Made by a program: the position numbers and the translations under genes. The notes below the pieces were generated by a model. The model was not told the DNA's origin and searched no databases. It saw only the letters and a program-made list of their open reading frames with translations. DNA of 64,000 bases from a virus (taxonomy: Duplodnaviria; Caudoviricetes), in IMG/VR virus record IMGVR_UViG_3300025098_005131; one strand, written 5' to 3'. Positions 18,142 through 28,050 of this stretch are shown here, in pieces. Within the stretch, counting starts at the first letter, position 1, and every line of letters starts with the position of its first letter.

Positions 18142-18408
18142 ATGCATTCTTATATAGACTTATTAAGAGAAAACAATTACCTTAAAGGTTGTCTTAAGTT
18201 TGAAGACTTTGTTTATGCTGTATGTATAGGTGCTTCAGGTTCCCAAGTAAAAGCGCTAGGATGCATAAAGTTTCAAAACGGCGTTGATCACTATAGAAGC
18301 AGAGATAAAATGTTTAAGAACGTTGATTGCGAAAAATATTGGGTTCTCGTTGAAGAAGATGTTTACACTAACTTCAAAAAAGGATATAATACTTTTGTAG
18401 TAAAATAA
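18142..18408 (+). CDS. hypothetical protein
   Basis: ORF between tRNAs. Confidence 0.55.
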   Translation: MHSYIDLLRENNYLKGCLKFEDFVYAVCIGASGSQVKALGCIKFQNGVDHYRSRDKMFKNVDCEKYWVLVEEDVYTNFKKGYNTFVVK

Positions 18409-18412
18409 TTAA

Positions 18413-18485
18413 GGGATATTAGCTTAATCGGTAAAGCACCGGACTTTTAATCCGTTGAGTGTAGGTTCGAGTCCTACATGTCCCA
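18413..18485 (+). tRNA. tRNA-Lys(UUU)
   Basis: Cloverleaf, CGGA-CTTTTAA-TCCG. Confidence 0.9.
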
Positions 18486-18489
18486 TTCA

Positions 18490-18561
18490 GCACTCGTAGC
18501 TCAGCGGAAGAGCAGTGGCCTTCTAAGCCATTGGTCGTAGGTTCAAATCCTACCGGGTGTA
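18490..18561 (+). tRNA. tRNA-Arg(UCU)
   Basis: Cloverleaf, TGGC-CTTCTAA-GCCA. Confidence 0.92.
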
Positions 18562-18593
18562 CTTATATGTTTTTTTAATATGAAAAGCAAAAA

Positions 18594-18800
18594 ATGATAA
18601 AAAAATCAAACGTCAATGATCTTGTTAGAATAGTAGGCCGGTCATATATGCCCCTAAAAGATAGGCCAGTTTACCTTGTTTTAAAGAAAAAAGAAGATGA
18701 TTATAAATATGATTTTCTTTTATTGAGTGAAAACGGAGAATCATTCTGGACCAGATTTGTTAGGAAAAGTAAAGACGGTAACTTAGTCATTATATCCTAA
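18594..18800 (+). CDS. small SH3-like hypothetical protein
   Basis: NDLVRIV..YLVLK..Y.FLL pattern. Confidence 0.5.
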   Translation: MIKKSNVNDLVRIVGRSYMPLKDRPVYLVLKKKEDDYKYDFLLLSENGESFWTRFVRKSKDGNLVIIS

Positions 18801-20983
18801 ATAAATACTTCATCTCTCAGCGTAGGCAAGTTAAATGTATCTTCAACGATCCATCCAAGATTATCTATTTTTTCTCTAATAACCTTCATCTTAACAAAAT
18901 CACTTGAAAGAGCAGTAGCACTATTAAATGCTTTCATGCCTTCTTTAAACATTTCTTTAGGTAAATCCGCTGCATCTCTTAAAGCATATCCGTCTTTTAC
19001 ATCATACATTTTTTCTAATATAAACTTAGGATCAAACTTATCTCTATTTATAGTGTAAGCTGATGCACCAAAGTCCACTACACCAATTTGCTCTGAAAGT
19101 GTGTAAAATATGTCTCCCCCGCCGCCACAGGAGTTAGAGTAATAGCCAAATTGTTTAGCAATCTCGTCAAAATTAATAGAACCATTGACTAGTCCTTCTT
19201 TTTCAAGGTTGATAACTGTGTTGTATTTAAATAAGTTTTTTAAAACAGTCAAACTTTCGGATGTTTTAAGTCTTTCGTCATTAAATAAATCAATCAATTC
19301 TTTCTCTACATCACTTGCTGTTGACGAATTACTTTCAAGTGAATCATTTAAAGCTTTCGCATCGTTTGTTGTATTTAATATGATGTCGTCTATTTTAAAT
19401 CTAGAAATAGAATTATCAACTACACAAGTGCCTCCGCTACCAATGACATCATCATAAATTTTATATACAAATTCATCAGCAAGACCTTCGTCATTCATTA
19501 AATAAAACTTACCCTTTAAAGGTTCAAGCTCTTGCTCTACAAGTCTTGCAAATTCTTCTTCGTTTTGTGCTACACATTTTAAACCGTTAAGTTCAAAGTC
19601 TGCTAACTTTGGTTCATTTGGATCAAAAGATAGTGCATACTTTTTTAATAGATAACAATACTTTTCAAATTCATCTTTACTAACAATTTCAAGTCCTGGA
19701 CCAAAAGTATCAACAAAAGTTAGAAAAGGTTCAGCTAAGATAGAACAGATAAATTGTATGTACTTATATGACTTAGCTAAATCTCTACAATAATTGTCAA
19801 AAGCAGGCTGAGTATTTTCTACTCTTGAAATAATAAGGTCTTCAGCGGCATCACCATAAGCTTCCATTAAAGGATCTAGCACACTGTTAACTTCCTTAGG
19901 AAAGTTTTCTAAAAACTCATCATCGCTATCATTTTCTTTTGAAAAGTTTGCAAGTTTTTGTTTTAGTTCTTCACCTCTCTTTAGATTAAACTCATTATCA
20001 TCTTCGTCTATTTCTTGTGAGAAAGTAAATACATCTTCAAGACTTGTTCCTGATCTGCCTATTAACCTTTCAATTTCATCTTCAATTATAGGTTCACCTT
20101 CTTTGCCAAAATATCCTGCACCTGTGAGTTTATATGAATTTGACATTTCCGGGTAATAAATAACGCAAACAGGACCATCATTTCGCCCGTGAAAGATTAC
20201 ACCAGTTATAACATCTCTCAGTTTTGTATACTTTCCTCTTTTAAATAGCTTACTATATTTATTTATAACATGCAATGCCATTGGAGCAGTTCTAATATCT
20301 GTCTCATAAGTGCTATTTAAAAATTCAGGTCTGTCTGACATTTTTGATAATACATCAAGAAAGCTGCTTATAGCATCATCAGCATCAGGTGAAATATCTA
20401 GTTTAACTTCTTGATTATAGAAACCACGAATATCAACGTTCATTTTTCTGCATATTTCTAAAAACTGGTCTTCTAATCTAAAATTGTCTCCGTATATACC
20501 TTTTGCTATTCCTGCATTAAAAATTAGCATTGAAGATATATCAACATCAAATCTTAAAATAACGCTACCATATGTTCTTGCAATTTCTGGGTTTAATTTA
20601 TAACATGTATAAAGACCTTTAGCATACATCCTACCCTCTCCAGCTATGAAATAGCTACCTGCGTCCCAAGAACCAGTTCTAATACTATCTGCTATATGAT
20701 ATGCTTGTCCTTGAGGCGTCTTAAATTTCTCAAGATCTTTTGCGGCGGCTTTGTATTCCATTTTAGATAAAATACTTTTTGCTCTTGTTTTTTTCTTGCT
20801 CTTGCTTTTTGCTTCAATTTCATCTCTCAAGCCTTTGTCTGTTTTGTCCAACTTTTTCTTATAGGCAGAGTCGTACTGAGATGTCTTAAATCCTGTCAAG
20901 TGGTAGACAGTTGCTTTCTTTGAGCTATAATCTATTTCTTCTTTAAGCAGCTTTTGATAATGCTCTTTTAATAACTTTCTCAT
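18797..20983 (-). CDS. PARP-like ADP-ribosyltransferase domain protein with L-x-E leader, paralog of 47765-50527
   Basis: VYHLT, G.GRMYAKGLYTC...ARTYG, GVIFHGRNDGPVCV. Confidence 0.6.
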   Translation of the reverse strand: MRKLLKEHYQKLLKEEIDYSSKKATVYHLTGFKTSQYDSAYKKKLDKTDKGLRDEIEAKSKSKKKTRAKSILSKMEYKAAAKDLEKFKTPQGQAYHIADSIRTGSWDAGSYFIAGEGRMYAKGLYTCYKLNPEIARTYGSVILRFDVDISSMLIFNAGIAKGIYGDNFRLEDQFLEICRKMNVDIRGFYNQEVKLDISPDADDAISSFLDVLSKMSDRPEFLNSTYETDIRTAPMALHVINKYSKLFKRGKYTKLRDVITGVIFHGRNDGPVCVIYYPEMSNSYKLTGAGYFGKEGEPIIEDEIERLIGRSGTSLEDVFTFSQEIDEDDNEFNLKRGEELKQKLANFSKENDSDDEFLENFPKEVNSVLDPLMEAYGDAAEDLIISRVENTQPAFDNYCRDLAKSYKYIQFICSILAEPFLTFVDTFGPGLEIVSKDEFEKYCYLLKKYALSFDPNEPKLADFELNGLKCVAQNEEEFARLVEQELEPLKGKFYLMNDEGLADEFVYKIYDDVIGSGGTCVVDNSISRFKIDDIILNTTNDAKALNDSLESNSSTASDVEKELIDLFNDERLKTSESLTVLKNLFKYNTVINLEKEGLVNGSINFDEIAKQFGYYSNSCGGGGDIFYTLSEQIGVVDFGASAYTINRDKFDPKFILEKMYDVKDGYALRDAADLPKEMFKEGMKAFNSATALSSDFVKMKVIREKIDNLGWIVEDTFNLPTLRDEVFI

Positions 20984-21520
20984 CTATTCTCCGAATTTTA
21001 TGTTTTGAGGTTTTCTATCTTTTGGTAATACATAACTATGTTTAATGACTTTAAATATATCTTCTTCTGAGCTAAAGTCATAGACTTTTTTAGTTTTATG
21101 GTTAATAAACCTAAAAGGTGTGTATCTTATATCAGTATTGTTTTTTAAGTGCTTCATAATTCTTAAATTCCAATCTTCACATCCTGTTAAAAAGAAAAGC
21201 ATAGAATAATAATTGTGATGCCCAGCAATAAATAAATCAATACCCGTATCAAGTATTTGACCTTTATAAAAAGATCCTTTAGAGAAAAACTGGTAATCCA
21301 TTGTATCTTCTAATGTTTTCCCTGCAAGCTGGGGATTGTCTACTTCAATAACGATATCTAAATCACCTATTGTTTTTCTTCCTCTTCTTAAAGATCCTGC
21401 AGGCGAAATGTTTTTAACTTGGATGCCATTCTGCTCAAGAACAAAAACAATATCTTTTGACTCTAATTGGTATAAACTATTTGCACTTTCCCAAGACATC
21501 CTATTAGGTTTAATCCTCAT
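20984..21520 (-). CDS. minimal X-family DNA polymerase (palm+thumb)
   Basis: AGSLRRG...GDLDIV, IDLF, FLTG..WN, EEDIF...Y.LP.DR. 178 aa. Confidence 0.8.
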   Translation of the reverse strand: MRIKPNRMSWESANSLYQLESKDIVFVLEQNGIQVKNISPAGSLRRGRKTIGDLDIVIEVDNPQLAGKTLEDTMDYQFFSKGSFYKGQILDTGIDLFIAGHHNYYSMLFFLTGCEDWNLRIMKHLKNNTDIRYTPFRFINHKTKKVYDFSSEEDIFKVIKHSYVLPKDRKPQNIKFGE

Positions 21521-21611
21521 TTTTTTCCTTGTGTGTAAAATAAAAATATTTATGTTATAATATAAAAAACAATAAAGATATTAAATTTAAATTAAAAGAA
21601 AAATTTAAAAA

Positions 21612-22274
21612 ATGAAAAAAAAGTTAAACAACATAAAGCATAATCTATTAGAACAGTGGAAAAAATCCTTTGATTATAAAGGATTTAGTGACTTAAAACT
21701 TGAAGAAATTAAAAAACTTTTATTGAAGCAGAAAAACATATCTTTGTTAACTGAAAAGTATGGTGCAGATATTTTGCTAGATCTAGAAAAACTAAATATA
21801 AGTTTAATAAAGTCTCAAGCTATAGCAAAAAAGCGTGGTGACCTTTTTGAAGAATTTATACTTAGTAATTCTTTAAAAATAACAGCGAGTAAAGATGTTG
21901 AAATATATACTCAAATAGATAAGAAAAGCATTTTATTTCCTGACTTTTTAAAAAAAGATATTCCAATAGACAAGATCGATCTCTTAATTAAAAGTAAAGA
22001 CTATAATGCAGTCTGTTATATTCAAGTAAGTCTTTGGGGAGGAGGTCAACAGCTAAACAGGGGCGAAAAATATAACTCTATTGAAAAAAACAGCTTATAT
22101 GATATATGTCGTGCTAATGGCTGGAAATTTCATACTATAGTTTGTAATGAGCCTCCCAACATATCAGCTACGAAAAAAGAAACAAGAACTTTTCAGATAA
22201 TAAAGTCTGGTCATGAAAACAATATAATGATGTACCCATCAAAGTTTTTTCATATTTTAAAGGAAATACAATGA
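21612..22274 (+). CDS. putative restriction endonuclease (PD-(D/E)xK-like)
   Basis: RGDLFEEF...IDLLI...YIQVSLWGGG. Overlaps the MTase start. Confidence 0.5.
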   Translation: MKKKLNNIKHNLLEQWKKSFDYKGFSDLKLEEIKKLLLKQKNISLLTEKYGADILLDLEKLNISLIKSQAIAKKRGDLFEEFILSNSLKITASKDVEIYTQIDKKSILFPDFLKKDIPIDKIDLLIKSKDYNAVCYIQVSLWGGGQQLNRGEKYNSIEKNSLYDICRANGWKFHTIVCNEPPNISATKKETRTFQIIKSGHENNIMMYPSKFFHILKEIQ

Positions 22275-23101
22275 TTAAGAGCGAAGTAACGAACGATCAA
22301 TTCTATACAAAAGATGCAGTTGCGCATACCTTAATTAAAAAATTGCAGAACAAATATAAAAGTATAGACATGTATTTAGAACCATCAGCTGGGTCTGGTT
22401 CTTTTTATAACTTTTTGCCTAAAGGTAAAAGGATGGGTCTAGATATCGACCCTAAGCATGAAGAAATAAAAAAGCAAGACTTTTTTAGTTTCGATAGCAG
22501 TAACTTAATAAAATCATACAACAGTATTTGTGTAGTAGGAAATCCTCCTTTTGGGAAGAACTCATCTTTAGCAATTAAATTTTTTAATCACAGCGCTGAA
22601 TTTGCCAAATATATAGCTTTTATTGTTCCTAGAACGTTTCGTAAAGAGTCAGTAGTTAATAGACTAGATAAACACTTTCACTTGGTATATGAAGAAATTT
22701 TAGAAAAAAAATCATTCAAGCTAGTTGATAACACTGACTATTCTGTGCCATGTACCTTTCAAGTATGGGAAAAGAAAAACTTTAGTCGTAAAGTTGTGTT
22801 AAGAAGTAAAAATCACAAAGATTGGTCTTGGGTTTCGAAAGAAGACAATCCAAAATTTGCTATAAGGAGAGTTGGTGTAAACGCTGGTAAGATTTTTAAA
22901 TTTGATAAAAACATATCACCTTCTTCACACTACTTTATAAAATGTGATTTGCGAGTATTTGATAATTTTAAAAAGCTATTTGAAACAATGTATAGTAAAG
23001 AAAACAATAACACACATAAGTATGATACAGTTGGAAACCCTTCAATTAGTATGTCCGACTTGGTTGAGGACTATTCTAGATTATTCCAGCGTGCAACTTA
23101 A
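22271..23101 (+). CDS. amino (likely N6-adenine) DNA methyltransferase
   Basis: DQFYT, LEPSAGSGSF (motif I), GNPPFG (motif IV). Confidence 0.85.
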   Translation: MIKSEVTNDQFYTKDAVAHTLIKKLQNKYKSIDMYLEPSAGSGSFYNFLPKGKRMGLDIDPKHEEIKKQDFFSFDSSNLIKSYNSICVVGNPPFGKNSSLAIKFFNHSAEFAKYIAFIVPRTFRKESVVNRLDKHFHLVYEEILEKKSFKLVDNTDYSVPCTFQVWEKKNFSRKVVLRSKNHKDWSWVSKEDNPKFAIRRVGVNAGKIFKFDKNISPSSHYFIKCDLRVFDNFKKLFETMYSKENNNTHKYDTVGNPSISMSDLVEDYSRLFQRAT

Positions 23102-23193
23102 CAAACTTTAATAATTCATAATAGACAGTTATAGATATAAAACGATATTAAAACTAATCACGTATTAATCCAGTTTTAAAGGACCGAAAATAA

Positions 23194-24177
23194 ATGAATA
23201 ATCATATCAATTCCATCAGACTTCCTAACCATATTCAATACGTGCTTTCTACATTATTTAAGACAATTGATGTTTATGATTACTTAAAAGAAGAAGCTTG
23301 GATTGCCGGGGGTTTTCCCAGAATTATTAGTAAAGAACTTAACTCTAATACGTCAGAGACTTTAGGAAAAGTTTATAGATATTTTTATAACATGGGTGAT
23401 ATCGACATTTTTTCAAGCAATAAAGATAAAGTTAATGATATCACCAACGTAATTAGTAATAGAGTTAAAGCTATTAGAGAAGAAATAATGTATGACGGCT
23501 TTTGTCTTAATAAAGTAAGTGATGCAATTAAAGACGTAAACAGTTTTGAACTACCTTTTACTTTTAATTACGAAAGAAATTTAACTGCTTTAAATAAAAT
23601 CTGCAAGAAAAACAAAGTTAAATATGTAGATGAAGCCCTAAAAGTAGACTTAGAGTTTAGTGTAATACAGACACAGTTTGTTAATAAGTTTATATTTAAA
23701 GACATTAATGAATGCTTTGATAATTTTGACTTTTCTAATTCTAAACTAGCAATATCATTCAAAAGTGGAGAATATTATTTACATTATACAGACTTAGCAG
23801 AGTTTTACAATTCTAGAAACATTTTGAATATTGAGAAAGTTGAGTCACCATATCTTTCAAGTAGAATAACAAAGTATACAAGAAAATACATGTTTGATAT
23901 TGATGATAACAAAAATTTTAGAAATCAGATCAAAGATTATCTATATAAGATACTGCAAGGAAAGTGGCCTGATGTATATAATGGTGCATTCGATATGTCT
24001 AGTTCTGTAAAGAATCTTCATTCTAGTATCGAGCTAGACAGCAAAGATCTTTGCCTTTTCCTGGGAATGTTTACGCACATGAACAGAGTAGCAAGTAAAA
24101 GTGGGTATGGTTTTATGCGTAGTAAAATTATTGAAGTTGACTGGGCAAAACATGAAATGAGTCAAAAAAATGGTTAA
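23194..24177 (+). CDS. Pol-beta superfamily nucleotidyltransferase (CCA/poly(A) polymerase head-like)
   Basis: WIAGGFPR, GDIDIF, QFV...FDF. Confidence 0.6.
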   Translation: MNNHINSIRLPNHIQYVLSTLFKTIDVYDYLKEEAWIAGGFPRIISKELNSNTSETLGKVYRYFYNMGDIDIFSSNKDKVNDITNVISNRVKAIREEIMYDGFCLNKVSDAIKDVNSFELPFTFNYERNLTALNKICKKNKVKYVDEALKVDLEFSVIQTQFVNKFIFKDINECFDNFDFSNSKLAISFKSGEYYLHYTDLAEFYNSRNILNIEKVESPYLSSRITKYTRKYMFDIDDNKNFRNQIKDYLYKILQGKWPDVYNGAFDMSSSVKNLHSSIELDSKDLCLFLGMFTHMNRVASKSGYGFMRSKIIEVDWAKHEMSQKNG

Positions 24178-24355
24178 AAAAGAAGAAATTAAAACAAAGT
24201 TAGAAAAGTGTCCGTATTGTAAAAAGAAGACAGTTACATTCTATCTGCATGAATGTGAAAGATCAATGTCAGAGTATTACGGTTGCAATAAGTGTGACGA
24301 CTGGTGTGTTCACTGCAATAAGGAGTGGGCTGATGGAACAAATAAAAAAGGGTAA
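24170..24355 (+). CDS. Zn-ribbon small protein
   Basis: CPYC, C..C..WC..C. Confidence 0.6.
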   Translation: MVKKEEIKTKLEKCPYCKKKTVTFYLHECERSMSEYYGCNKCDDWCVHCNKEWADGTNKKG

Positions 24356-24551
24356 AATTTATATTCTTGATAATGGTTTTGATGACATCAAGATTGTTAT
24401 CGCCTTAGAAACTGAAAGAGAATTGCGTTATGAAGAGGACGTTGTATATAATATGTCTTTAGACTTTGTCGAAGTTCTTATAGAAAATAAAGTAGAGACA
24501 ACATTAGTTTCAGACTTACATAAAATTACAGGAGTTAAGTATAATGATTAG
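24333..24551 (+). CDS. small SH3-like hypothetical protein
   Basis: Likely start MEQIKKG. Confidence 0.5.
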   Translation: MEQIKKGKIYILDNGFDDIKIVIALETERELRYEEDVVYNMSLDFVEVLIENKVETTLVSDLHKITGVKYND

Positions 24552-24957
24552 TGTAGTATTCGGAATTACACATCCCAGACTATGTGAAGAGTTACCAGAA
24601 GGTAAACATAAGTTTTTTGATATTGGTGAGACAAAGTCTTCTACGTTGATATTAAAAAACTTAATGAAAGATTTGCTGGATTATGACAGCCATCCAGATA
24701 TTGATTTAGTTTTTAGCGACTTTTGTAAAAGCAGAGTATTAAATAACGAAAGCAATTACCATCACATAAGACTTAAAAATATATTCAAAGAGTTTAGCAA
24801 ATGGTACAATGGAACAAAGGTCTCCGCTACTAAAATGTATTTAATTAAAAGAGAAGGAAACAAAGTCTTAGATGTATATGAAAGATGGAATACTTATAGA
24901 GAAAATCCATTCTTTGTTCCGAAAAAAGCAAAGCCTAAAAAGACTTTTTATGTGTAA
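24544..24957 (+). CDS. hypothetical protein
   Basis: Stop is the TAA of GTGTAA at 24952. Confidence 0.6.
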   Translation: MISVVFGITHPRLCEELPEGKHKFFDIGETKSSTLILKNLMKDLLDYDSHPDIDLVFSDFCKSRVLNNESNYHHIRLKNIFKEFSKWYNGTKVSATKMYLIKREGNKVLDVYERWNTYRENPFFVPKKAKPKKTFYV

Positions 24958-24999
24958 TTTATATAATAAAAACTTATAATAGTCTATAAGGAGAAAATA

Positions 25000-25284
25000 G
25001 TGATTCAATTAAATAAAATATACTTTGATGGTAAAGGTTATATACAAAGGCGTATAGACTTAAATGATCTGCCTGCAAATGATCTTATCAAGATCTGCTC
25101 GAGATTTAATTTTACGCCTGTTGATAGTATATCATTTGAAAACTATGAACCACAAACTTTTTGTGACATTACAATAAATGACTACTTCATTCAATGCGTT
25201 TCAATTAAACACATCTATACAGACTCTAAAAAGTCGACTCATACTGTATTGTATCCTTCACACAATCCAAGTAGACTTTATTAA
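25000..25284 (+). CDS. hypothetical protein
   Basis: Promoter and SD, GTG start. Confidence 0.55.
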   Translation: MIQLNKIYFDGKGYIQRRIDLNDLPANDLIKICSRFNFTPVDSISFENYEPQTFCDITINDYFIQCVSIKHIYTDSKKSTHTVLYPSHNPSRLY

Positions 25285-25300
25285 ATAGAAAGAAATATAA

Positions 25301-25510
25301 ATGCAGCAAGTACAAAGTAAACATAAATGGATTCCAGTCGTAGTTGATTATCTATATGTTGCTGGTGATAAACTAGAAAACATTTTTGCTCATGCAAAAG
25401 TTATACATGGTTATCGTGAAGATGGATATGAGTATTACGAAATAATGATTCCATCACACAACTTTTTTACTTGCTATATTGATGCAGATAAAATAGAGGA
25501 ATTTCTATGA
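25301..25510 (+). CDS. hypothetical protein
   Basis: Operon packing. Confidence 0.55.
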   Translation: MQQVQSKHKWIPVVVDYLYVAGDKLENIFAHAKVIHGYREDGYEYYEIMIPSHNFFTCYIDADKIEEFL

Positions 25511-25622
25511 AAATCGACAAACTTAGTATTTTATCTGGTATTTTTTTCTGTTTAACTTTCATACCTGTTTCAATGGTTATGATAGGAACAACACTTACTA
25601 TTTTAGGAATTTTATAGTTAAA

Positions 25623-25862
25623 ATGACAGAAGAAAACATTAAAGAGTTTTTTTACAGTATCAATAGTTTGAATCTTAATAAAAAACAAAAAAAAAGAATA
25701 CTACAGCTTTTTCAAGTAAGAGGTATTAATAAGAAAAACAAAGTAATGACTTACTGTGAATTCAAGAAAATTCTTTTAAATAGACAAGGCAAGATAACTA
25801 GTTTAGTATTAGGGCCAAAGTGGAATAGACTTGTTTTTGCTGATATAGACATAGAGTTATAA
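25623..25862 (+). CDS. hypothetical protein
   Basis: Operon packing. Confidence 0.5.
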   Translation: MTEENIKEFFYSINSLNLNKKQKKRILQLFQVRGINKKNKVMTYCEFKKILLNRQGKITSLVLGPKWNRLVFADIDIEL

Positions 25863-25863
25863 A

Positions 25864-26133
25864 ATGAAAGATAAAGATGCAAACGAAGTTCAAAAACAAG
25901 TTATTGACGAAATTAAAGAAAGTGGTGCAATATTAGTTTATATAAATGTTGACGGAAACATTACTCTGTTAACGTCAGGCAATATAACTAAATTGCAATC
26001 AAAGACTGCTGAGCGTATGTTAATTTCTGTAAATCCTTCAATTATTTTAAGTATCATAATATGGATGGAAATTAACTTTGTTAAGCTAGAAGATACAGTT
26101 TATGGGTTTCTTAGGAAGATATTCAAAGTGTAA
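25864..26133 (+). CDS. hypothetical protein
   Basis: Stop is the TAA of GTGTAA at 26128. Confidence 0.55.
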   Translation: MKDKDANEVQKQVIDEIKESGAILVYINVDGNITLLTSGNITKLQSKTAERMLISVNPSIILSIIIWMEINFVKLEDTVYGFLRKIFKV

Positions 26134-26189
26134 TTTGTACAATTAATGTTTATAATATAATGTAAACAACAATCATTGAGGACAAAAAT

Positions 26190-26744
26190 ATGTCAAAAAA
26201 TAAATTTAAAAAACAAATTCAAGAAAAGTACAAAGGTAGAGGAAATACGTGGGTAAAGATTCCAAAAGACTCTCCTGCTTTTCAAAGTTTTTTAAGTCTT
26301 ATTCCTAGTTGTAGTGATGGAACTATGTTTCTTGATCATGTTAATCGCGAAGGTTTTGGTTGGGCTAGATTTTCCAAAGTCGAAGGAGATGAATCAAATC
26401 CTGTTGAATTATTTGAAGTTAGATATAAAGGATCTAGGTTTGATCATCCTGAAAATATTTTAAACGTTCCTCATTCTGTGTCTAAAGACTTTCCTTTACT
26501 AGGCAATACTCCTGTTAAGATTGATATCGAAGTACTTCCAGAAAACAGGAAAAGCAAAAAACAAGTAAATACTTTCAAACGTAAGATTGTTAAAAACAGT
26601 GAAGAAGTAATTGAAGACTATCAAAGTATAGAACAAGAAATTACAATTATTAAAGAAGCAGCACTAACTAAACCTTCAAACAAAGAGCTTGAAAACTGGT
26701 ATGAGTTTTTAAAGCTTAACGGGCTTTATGAGGAAAATGTTTGA
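26190..26744 (+). CDS. SGRG..W family paralog 2
   Basis: YKGRGNTW..GWARF..FEVRYKGSRFDHP..NTP. Confidence 0.75.
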   Translation: MSKNKFKKQIQEKYKGRGNTWVKIPKDSPAFQSFLSLIPSCSDGTMFLDHVNREGFGWARFSKVEGDESNPVELFEVRYKGSRFDHPENILNVPHSVSKDFPLLGNTPVKIDIEVLPENRKSKKQVNTFKRKIVKNSEEVIEDYQSIEQEITIIKEAALTKPSNKELENWYEFLKLNGLYEENV

Positions 26745-26906
26745 CTTTTATACTTTAACTGCGTTTGTTATACTATTTAGTTATTTGCATTCTTTCTACA
26801 ACCATAGAAAAAGAACAGACGTTTACTTTATATTTTTATTTACAGAACTTACTTTATTGTTTACTTATATTAACTTCCAAAGCTTTTTTAAATAAAGGAC
26901 TTAGCT

Positions 26907-27239
26907 ATGACACAATGGGTTGAAATCAGACAAGGTGATACTATTCACTTCAAAGAAAAGTCTGGAAAAGGATCAGTTGTATTTACTTCTAACAACGGAA
27001 ACTATTTTATGCCGGCAAAAGTCGGCATGAGAATTAAAGGTGTTGCAAAGCCTATTTTGAAAAATGAAGAGTTTATCTTTAGCCAAAGCACAGTTCAGTC
27101 TGTTTCAGGTGCAACTCGTGTTGTTAAATGTGAGTTATTAAGACTTTCTGATAATTCTAACTTCTTTGTATCAGAAATGGACTTAATGTCATACTTTTCT
27201 AAATCAAACAAAAGCAGTCTAGGCGGACACGTTTATTAA
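26907..27239 (+). CDS. hypothetical protein
   Basis: SD AAGGA. Confidence 0.65.
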   Translation: MTQWVEIRQGDTIHFKEKSGKGSVVFTSNNGNYFMPAKVGMRIKGVAKPILKNEEFIFSQSTVQSVSGATRVVKCELLRLSDNSNFFVSEMDLMSYFSKSNKSSLGGHVY

Positions 27240-27248
27240 GGAATAAAC

Positions 27249-27506
27249 ATGAAATATCTTTACGTAATATGTTTTATAATTATAACTTTGTATTCTTGTA
27301 TATCGAAAAGAGAATATGATAGAGTGTTAAATGAAAACAAAGATATCATGAAAACAATTGAGAAAAACGACCTATTAACACAAGATGTAAGACAGCTTGA
27401 ATTTAAGATTAAAAACATTGAGTTTAGCTTACAAATGTGTGAAATAAAATTAAGAAAGCAAGATAGAAAACTTGTTGAATGTATAAACATGCGAGGTTGC
27501 AAATGA
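27249..27506 (+). CDS. coiled-coil putative lipoprotein
   Basis: LYSC lipobox, then .SKREYD. Confidence 0.55.
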   Translation: MKYLYVICFIIITLYSCISKREYDRVLNENKDIMKTIEKNDLLTQDVRQLEFKIKNIEFSLQMCEIKLRKQDRKLVECINMRGCK

Positions 27507-27733
27507 TTAGATCTAGCGATGAACTTATAGATAGAAAAATAGAAATAGACTTAAGAGGCAGAGATGGTAATGCTTTTGTTTTATTAGGATATGTGGACAC
27601 AATTGGCGAGCAAATCAACATACCAAAAAGAGTTAGAAACGACATTAAAAAAACAATGATGATGGGTAATTATGATCAGTTGATTAATACTTTTGATATT
27701 TGGTTTGGTAACTATGTCGACCTCTACAGATGA
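27503..27733 (+). CDS. small phage protein
   Basis: IDLRGRDGNAFVLLG motif. Confidence 0.65.
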   Translation: MIRSSDELIDRKIEIDLRGRDGNAFVLLGYVDTIGEQINIPKRVRNDIKKTMMMGNYDQLINTFDIWFGNYVDLYR

Positions 27734-27989
27734 TTTCTATTTAAATCCTGGTGATATGATATGGGTTCACTTAAAAGGTCCAGACCAAAATTATGGCCAT
27801 GGTGAAGTTAAAGAAGTTTGGTTTGATGAAGAAATCAAAGAAGAGCTTTTTTGCTTTCATTGTTTAGTTAACGGTGGTTATAGAATGGGGAAAACATCTG
27901 AGCTAATAGAGAAACCAAACGCAAGAATGGTTTCAAAACTCTTACAGTCAAGAAAAGAATTCAATGAGATAATGAAGGAAAGAAGATAA
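27714..27989 (+). CDS. SH3-like hypothetical protein
   Basis: LNPGDMIWV...GEVKEV. Confidence 0.55.
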   Translation: MSTSTDDFYLNPGDMIWVHLKGPDQNYGHGEVKEVWFDEEIKEELFCFHCLVNGGYRMGKTSELIEKPNARMVSKLLQSRKEFNEIMKERR

Positions 27990-28050
27990 TAAAGTGTAAC
28001 TCTTAAAATGTAGTGTTATAATAATAAAAACAAGGAAAAGGAATATTAAA

